A DNA stretch of 64,000 nt from Promethearchaeati archaeon SRVP18_Atabeyarchaeia-1. Lineage in GTDB: Archaea > Asgardarchaeota > Atabeyarchaeia > Atabeyarchaeales > Atabeyarchaeaceae. The stretch is from NCBI GenBank assembly GCA_037308085.1, contig CP147779.1:256001-320000 (forward strand), in the 5' to 3' direction. Positions 58,795 to 64,000 of the stretch are shown in pieces (within the stretch, counting starts at the first letter, position 1; each line of letters opens with the position of its first letter). The notes beneath the pieces were generated by a model, which was not told the DNA's origin, made no database searches, and saw only the letters and a list, made by a program, of their open reading frames with translations. Both the position numbers and the translations under genes were made by a program.

Positions 58795-58957
58795 CCGCAA
58801 CCGTCGAGTATAGGATCTAGCTTGGCCAAGAGGCAGGGAAATCCCACGACTCAGAAAAACTGTCGGAAACCAAATCCAGAATAAGCCTAACGGTTAGTTT
58901 AATAAGTCATGAGGACAATCAAATGATTCAATATGAAGTTCGGTGGGTAGACTGCAA

Positions 58958-59254
58958 ATGAAGATTAGTGATCTAAAAGCCGGCATGCGGAAAGTTGATC
59001 TTAAAGTCAAGATTGTGGATGTGGGAGAGCCCAGAGACGTGAATACAAAGTTTGGGCCCGGTCGCGTTGCGACTGCTACAGTGGCAGATGAAACTGGACA
59101 GACGAAATTGTCTTTGTGGAACGATGACATTGAAAAAGTCAGCCAAGACGACGTCATCGAGATAAAGAATGGTTACATAACCGAATTCCGAGGGGAACTT
59201 CAACTAAACGTTGGGCAATACGGGACAATGAACATAACTAAGGAAAAGGACTAA
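58958..59254 (+). CDS. Single-OB-fold ssDNA-binding protein
   Basis: ISDLK.G, VADETG..KLSLWN and I.NGY..EFRG.LQLNVG. Confidence 0.9.
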   Translation: MKISDLKAGMRKVDLKVKIVDVGEPRDVNTKFGPGRVATATVADETGQTKLSLWNDDIEKVSQDDVIEIKNGYITEFRGELQLNVGQYGTMNITKEKD

Positions 59255-59461
59255 GCGCTCCGCGGAGGCAACCTCTCGTCCTGCGGCGCAACTTCGACGG
59301 GAGCCCCGCGAATCCGGCTTGAGCTGTTGAGAGAAAGGGTGCCACGAGCTACTTCCTGTTTTTTGCCGTCATGATACTTGAATTGTCGTATTTGCTCATG
59401 TTGGTCTCCAATACTGAGGGGTTGTTGCCTCGGTTTTGTCTGCTCTGAATGTCAGTTTAGC

Positions 59462-60346
59462 CTACATTTCTGTCAGCTCTTTCGGTGGAATGAACCTAGT
59501 TCGAGGGTCTTCGAGGATCCTATCCAGAAGTCTAATAGTCTCAGGCTTGTCCTCTGGGAACTTCGCCTCGAAGTCAACGTAGTCCGAGACGTGGTCATTG
59601 TATATCTCGCTATGAACATCCAGACTTGCCAAGATTTCACGCTGCTCTTTTATGACCTCGTACGGTGTCAGCAGCTTGAATCTGCCTTCTTTGACTTCCT
59701 GAAATAGAGGCGTGTTTGCCAATATGTTGAGTGTTCTAAACCTGATGAAGTCCGGATCAGCTTCGTTGAGCACCCTAGCGGTTTCCTTGGCGTGTTCCTG
59801 TGTGAGACCCTTTCCCCCAAGCCCCAAGAGTACGTAGAGGGAGAATTCTATTCCAGCATTCTTTATCCTTCGTCCAGCTTGGACAATGATCTTCGAGATA
59901 GTTCCTTTTTTCATTAGCTTAAGGATTCGGTCACTTCCGCTTTCGAGTCCCATATGTATTCTTCTCAAACCGGCCTTCCTCAATTGCATAAACTCGTCAG
60001 GCGTCTTGGCTATGGCGGATCTCGCCGACGAGTAGCACGTTATTCTTTCTAGCCTTGGGAAAGTTTCTGATATTCTATTCAGCACTTTCAGCAGTAAACT
60101 TGTTGGGAGACAGGTCATGTCCGATCCTGTGAGGAAAACCGTGCTATAGTAATCATGATAAAGCTTCTTCGCCACATCAATCTGCTGAAAGATCTCTTCT
60201 AGTTCGAGGACCTTGAAGCCTTCTCTTTGCTTATAGATTCCGCAGAATCTGCATTGATTATAGTTGCAGCCTTGAAATACTTCTACGAGTAGGCTGTGCG
60301 CCTCAGACGGGGGTCTTATCAGAACTCTGCCCGATCCCATAACCAT
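59462..60346 (-). CDS. Radical SAM protein
   Basis: RPPSEA.S, CNYNQCRFCGIY, GLESG and LLGLGG. Confidence 0.88.
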   Translation of the reverse strand: MVMGSGRVLIRPPSEAHSLLVEVFQGCNYNQCRFCGIYKQREGFKVLELEEIFQQIDVAKKLYHDYYSTVFLTGSDMTCLPTSLLLKVLNRISETFPRLERITCYSSARSAIAKTPDEFMQLRKAGLRRIHMGLESGSDRILKLMKKGTISKIIVQAGRRIKNAGIEFSLYVLLGLGGKGLTQEHAKETARVLNEADPDFIRFRTLNILANTPLFQEVKEGRFKLLTPYEVIKEQREILASLDVHSEIYNDHVSDYVDFEAKFPEDKPETIRLLDRILEDPRTRFIPPKELTEM

Positions 60347-60556
60347 GTGATTCCACCTTGCTCCCTGCTTCCACGAACTCTAACCTTCTGCTTCACTACC
60401 CAACCAAGCTAGCAAGGTTTAAAATGATGAGTTGGAGTTCCTCTATTTAACATCTGGGACTCTATTCCTGGAAGAGCTTTGCGCACAGATAAATGATTGC
60501 CAAATCCTGCTGAAAGCTAGTGTAACTGTAACAGTTGTCGTTGGAGGCTTTAACAG

Positions 60557-61987
60557 ATGAAGATCAAGAAGGAGGAAGACTTCAGTTCCTGGTATGATGA
60601 AGTGCTCCAAGAGGGAGAGCTTGTCGATATTCGGTATGGCGTGAAGGGTTTCATCATCTACAGGCCGAACATAATGCGAATCATTAACCAAGTATATCGG
60701 CTATACGATGTCGAACTCGAGAAAACCGATCATAGTCCTTGCCAATTTCCAGTAGTTATTCCCTTGAGCTACTTCAGGAAGGAGTCTGCCCATGTTCAAG
60801 GCTTCGAGGATGAAGTATTCTGGGTGACTAAGGCGGGAAGCCATGAGCTGGAGGAACCCTTGATACTGAGGCCGACTAGCGAAACTGCAATCTACCCTAT
60901 GTACTCCCTGTGGATCCGGACCTACAGGGATTTGCCAATAAAATATTACCAGGGAGGATCAGTTTATAGATATGAGACCAGGGCGACGAGACCGCTCCTC
61001 AGGGGTAGGGAGTTTCTCTGGATCGAGACTCACACGGCGCATGCAAGCCTTGAAGACGCGGAAGACCAAGTCAAGCAGGATATGAGCATCGCGAACAAAG
61101 TCGTGTACGAGAAATGTGGCATTCCTTTTCTAATGCTAGATAGACCTGAATGGGACAGGTTTGCGGGAGCACAGAGAACTTATGGGTTCGACACCCTGCT
61201 TCCCGATGGGAAAGCACTTCAGATAGGGACTACGCATCTGTTGGCTGACAACTTCTCCAAAGTATTTGATATTCAGTTCGAGGGCAAAGATGGAAGTAAG
61301 AGCTTTGTGCAGCAGACATGCTATGGCCCTGGAATCTCACGAATCGCTGCCTCCGTAATCTGCATTCACGGCGATGACTATGGTTTAGTCCTACCTTTTG
61401 AGATGGCCCCTGTCCAGGTAGTTGTTGTCCCAATAGTTTTCAAAGAAGGGGAGAAGACAGTTATCGAAAAATGTGCCGGGATCGCGAAGCGACTTGAAGA
61501 ATCTGGAATCAGGGTGAAGTTTGATGATCGAGAACAATCGGCTGGATCCAAGTTCTATTACTGGGAGCTAATGGGTGCGCCGGTAAGGGTCGAGGTTGGC
61601 CCCAAAGAAGCACAAAGCCAAACGGTGACCCTGTTCAGAAGAGACAATAGGACGCGTCAAAGTTGCAGCGAGGAAAATCTGACCGAAGTAATCCTGAAGG
61701 TTGGAGCCGACATATTGAACTTCCTAAGAAAGAAGGCTGAGGATCGCCTAAAAAGGAGCATAACTTGGGTGAATACAAAGAAAGAGCTACTGGATTCAAC
61801 CAAGAAGGGCGGTTTCTTAAAGCTCAACTTCTGTGGAAGGCAGGAATGCGCAGACGAGATGAAGAGTCAGACTGGGGGTTTCGAAGTCAAAGGGACTTCC
61901 TTTGAGTCTGATGAGAAACCAAAGGGGAGTTGCGCATGGTGCGGTGAGACAGCGACCCAAGTAGTGTACGCCGCGAAATCATATTAG
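60557..61987 (+). CDS. proS: Proline-tRNA ligase (archaeal/eukaryal type)
   Basis: LRPTSET, YRYE, REFLW.E.H, LQIGT.H and C-terminal KSY. Confidence 0.95.
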   Translation: MKIKKEEDFSSWYDEVLQEGELVDIRYGVKGFIIYRPNIMRIINQVYRLYDVELEKTDHSPCQFPVVIPLSYFRKESAHVQGFEDEVFWVTKAGSHELEEPLILRPTSETAIYPMYSLWIRTYRDLPIKYYQGGSVYRYETRATRPLLRGREFLWIETHTAHASLEDAEDQVKQDMSIANKVVYEKCGIPFLMLDRPEWDRFAGAQRTYGFDTLLPDGKALQIGTTHLLADNFSKVFDIQFEGKDGSKSFVQQTCYGPGISRIAASVICIHGDDYGLVLPFEMAPVQVVVVPIVFKEGEKTVIEKCAGIAKRLEESGIRVKFDDREQSAGSKFYYWELMGAPVRVEVGPKEAQSQTVTLFRRDNRTRQSCSEENLTEVILKVGADILNFLRKKAEDRLKRSITWVNTKKELLDSTKKGGFLKLNFCGRQECADEMKSQTGGFEVKGTSFESDEKPKGSCAWCGETATQVVYAAKSY

Positions 61988-62125
61988 ATGGGACATCGGC
62001 TGTAGCCAGCGGTAGGATCATAGGATAGCTAATAAAGGTACGACTGAATAGAGTGATTGGAACACGATACTTGTATTCTGATGAAGGTAGAACCTCAGAT
62101 TGAAGTGGAGGTGCAGTGGCTCTCA

Positions 62126-62488
62126 ATGTCATTATATGAGTTGCTAGTAAAGAGGCTTGGAGAAGCAGATAGATACATCAAGGAGGACGGAAAGATCAGA
62201 GGAGCCCTCAGGATGATAGGCAAGATCAAGGTTAATGTCAAAACCACTGATACAGCAGAGAACGTCGGAGCTACAATAAGCACCGACGGGGTGGATTTGT
62301 CCAAGGAAGCAGTTGAAGGACCGGCTATCACAATCACGGGAACTAGCCGAGTCTTAACGGACTTGATTCAGAATCCCGACCGGGCCAAATTCGATGAAGC
62401 CCAACGACAAGAGAAAATAAAGTTGGAGTCACACGGCCTTAAAGGGAAGCTAGTCATGTCTAAGGTGAAGGATCTTCTTTCGGCATGA
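62126..62488 (+). CDS. Hypothetical protein, possibly SCP2-like fold
   Basis: Alpha/beta pattern P.ITI.G....L..L....KIKL; GGAGGTG RBS upstream. Confidence 0.55.
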   Translation: MSLYELLVKRLGEADRYIKEDGKIRGALRMIGKIKVNVKTTDTAENVGATISTDGVDLSKEAVEGPAITITGTSRVLTDLIQNPDRAKFDEAQRQEKIKLESHGLKGKLVMSKVKDLLSA

Positions 62489-62628
62489 GAGACCAAAACT
62501 AAACAAACCTAGAAGCCAACCTTAAGGAAAAGTATTCGACGTTCGTAAGATCGCAATGAGAAGGACAACTATAAAAGGAAACCTCGTATTATTATGGATT
62601 GAAAGACCTCGCCCTGAGGATCCTTATC

Positions 62629-63198
62629 ATGAGCAGCCCATCAGAACTAGTCGACATTCTGCAGAATGTGGCGAACATTTTTCTCCGAGCTGTCGAATCC
62701 ATTGAGAACCGAATGATGATGATAGAGCAGAGGCTCGACCAATTAGAGAGAACGTCCGCAGGATCTGGAGCATACGGGGCACCGCCTCCTAGTAGGGGGG
62801 CACCAGTTGCACCAAGCCAAGCCACGCCATCCGTGATGCAGGATAACCGGAGGGCACCTCCACCAATTATACCCCCGCCAGCGCCTCCTCAGCCACAGGC
62901 CTACGCTAGTCCTCAGCCGCAATGGGGAGCCCCAAGACAGGACAGCTACCCTCAGCCACCTAACCCGGGCTACCAGAGTAGACCACCAGCGCCCTCGTAC
63001 CCGCAGCAAGGCCAACAGCAGCAACCGCAAGGGTATGCTCCACAAGGGTACGCGCCACAAGGTCAGTCTCCTCCACAACAGCAGGGACCGCCTGGACCCA
63101 GACCGCCCGCTAATCCTTTGAACATCCGTCAGGAGATGACGGGTGAACTCAAAGATATTTTCGCAAGGATGAGGGCGCGTGCAGAAGGAAGGCAGTAG
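62629..63198 (+). CDS. Coiled-coil / Pro-Gln-rich / C-terminal helix protein
   Basis: N-terminal heptads, polyproline and PQGYA repeats, ending IRQEMTGELKDIFARMRAR. Confidence 0.75.
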   Translation: MSSPSELVDILQNVANIFLRAVESIENRMMMIEQRLDQLERTSAGSGAYGAPPPSRGAPVAPSQATPSVMQDNRRAPPPIIPPPAPPQPQAYASPQPQWGAPRQDSYPQPPNPGYQSRPPAPSYPQQGQQQQPQGYAPQGYAPQGQSPPQQQGPPGPRPPANPLNIRQEMTGELKDIFARMRARAEGRQ

Positions 63199-63282
63199 GT
63201 TGGTCACCTGGCTACAAGGCAGATGGGGGATTTGAGCGTTGAGCGCTCGTCCTCACGATTGAAGTTAACACCTGTAGATAAT

Positions 63283-64000
63283 CTAGAAGTAATCAGATAG
63301 GTTTCTTTGAACGGGTTGTTTCTCCTTTTCCTCCGTCGCTGGCTTCCTTTGCCGTTGCTGCTCTTCACTTTCTTGGCTGATCTGGATGGAGCGATCAGCC
63401 CGAGTATTCTCGTCTTCAAATATTATGGGCTGCCCATATACTCCGTCGTATCCTGGCCTGAACCTTATCTTCTTCTCCCTCACCCTCAAGATCGCTTCCG
63501 ACACCCTATCTCCTGAAACTGATGCAATCTCACTTCTAGGCGCCTCAAGCAGAATGTAGAGTTCATTTGGGAACCTCTTGAGAAGTCTCCCATATTCCTC
63601 CCACACAGCCTTGGAGAAAACCTCCTTGAGTCCTAGCGCGATGGATATTATCTCTTGAAGAGGGATCAGACTCACATATGGGATAGCTCCTTGGGGCTTG
63701 AAGCCATCCGCCCTATCAGCAAGTTCCTCGACGCGATCCAACACACCGACCGTCAACTTCCTTCCACAGACTGGACATATCTCATGGCACCTGCTGGATT
63801 CCTTTGGGCCAAGGACGACTTTGCAAATCCTGTGCCCAGTGTAATGATACTTCCCGTAACTTGGATCAACTTCAATTGTCTCGATGAATCTTGCTGGATC
63901 TTTCTTTCGGATTGTGTCGACTATCTCCTTGTAGGTCACATTTCGCAGTTCGAGGACATTTGCCTCTCTGCCTACACGGTAAGGCCAAGGACTGTGAGAA
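63283..64000 (-). CDS. Endonuclease Q family (PHP + Zn finger), 5' part outside the window
   Basis: HSPWPYRVGREAN, GKYHYTGHRIC, CPVCG.KLTVGV and PGYDGVYG. Confidence 0.88.
   Translation of the reverse strand, partial: SHSPWPYRVGREANVLELRNVTYKEIVDTIRKKDPARFIETIEVDPSYGKYHYTGHRICKVVLGPKESSRCHEICPVCGRKLTVGVLDRVEELADRADGFKPQGAIPYVSLIPLQEIISIALGLKEVFSKAVWEEYGRLLKRFPNELYILLEAPRSEIASVSGDRVSEAILRVREKKIRFRPGYDGVYGQPIIFEDENTRADRSIQISQESEEQQRQRKPATEEKEKQPVQRNLSDYF

Noticed and set aside
1-64000. CRISPR array, rRNA genes, provirus, or genome-wide amber recoding
   Set aside because: No repeat-spacer array, rRNA or viral hallmark was seen. Many conserved genes end at TAG at their expected length.

Overview
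This is an archaeal chromosomal window. It is most likely from an Asgard archaeon (inference from a Rab-like GTPase, a ribophorin-I-like protein, a long-insert Trm112, an alpha-SNAP-like TPR protein and a coiled-coil/polyproline protein, all among ordinary archaeal housekeeping genes). Contents: tRNA modification and translation genes (tgtA, taw1, trm5, trmY, rtcA, sepS, proS, dph5, rps26e); cdrS-ftsZ; gcvPA/PB; cofactor genes (thiL, ribK, ribL, nadM); a ~15 kb glycosylation island (16.6-32 kb); DNA repair genes (MutS-like, ogt, nfi, XPF, EndoQ); and a degenerate IS200/IS605 tnpB element. The standout signal is pervasive bulge-helix-bulge (BHB) splicing. Three tRNA genes carry 9 introns between them: Leu-GAG has 4, Lys-CTT has 3 and Gln-TTG has 2, and all three share an intron at 59/60. 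The protein-coding gene pcm looks frameshifted, but it is interrupted by a 28-nt canonical BHB intron. Removing that intron restores the conserved TISAPHMV motif and a 228-aa ORF, making it a candidate archaeal mRNA intron outside cbf5. All calls come from manual motif reading; no searches were run.
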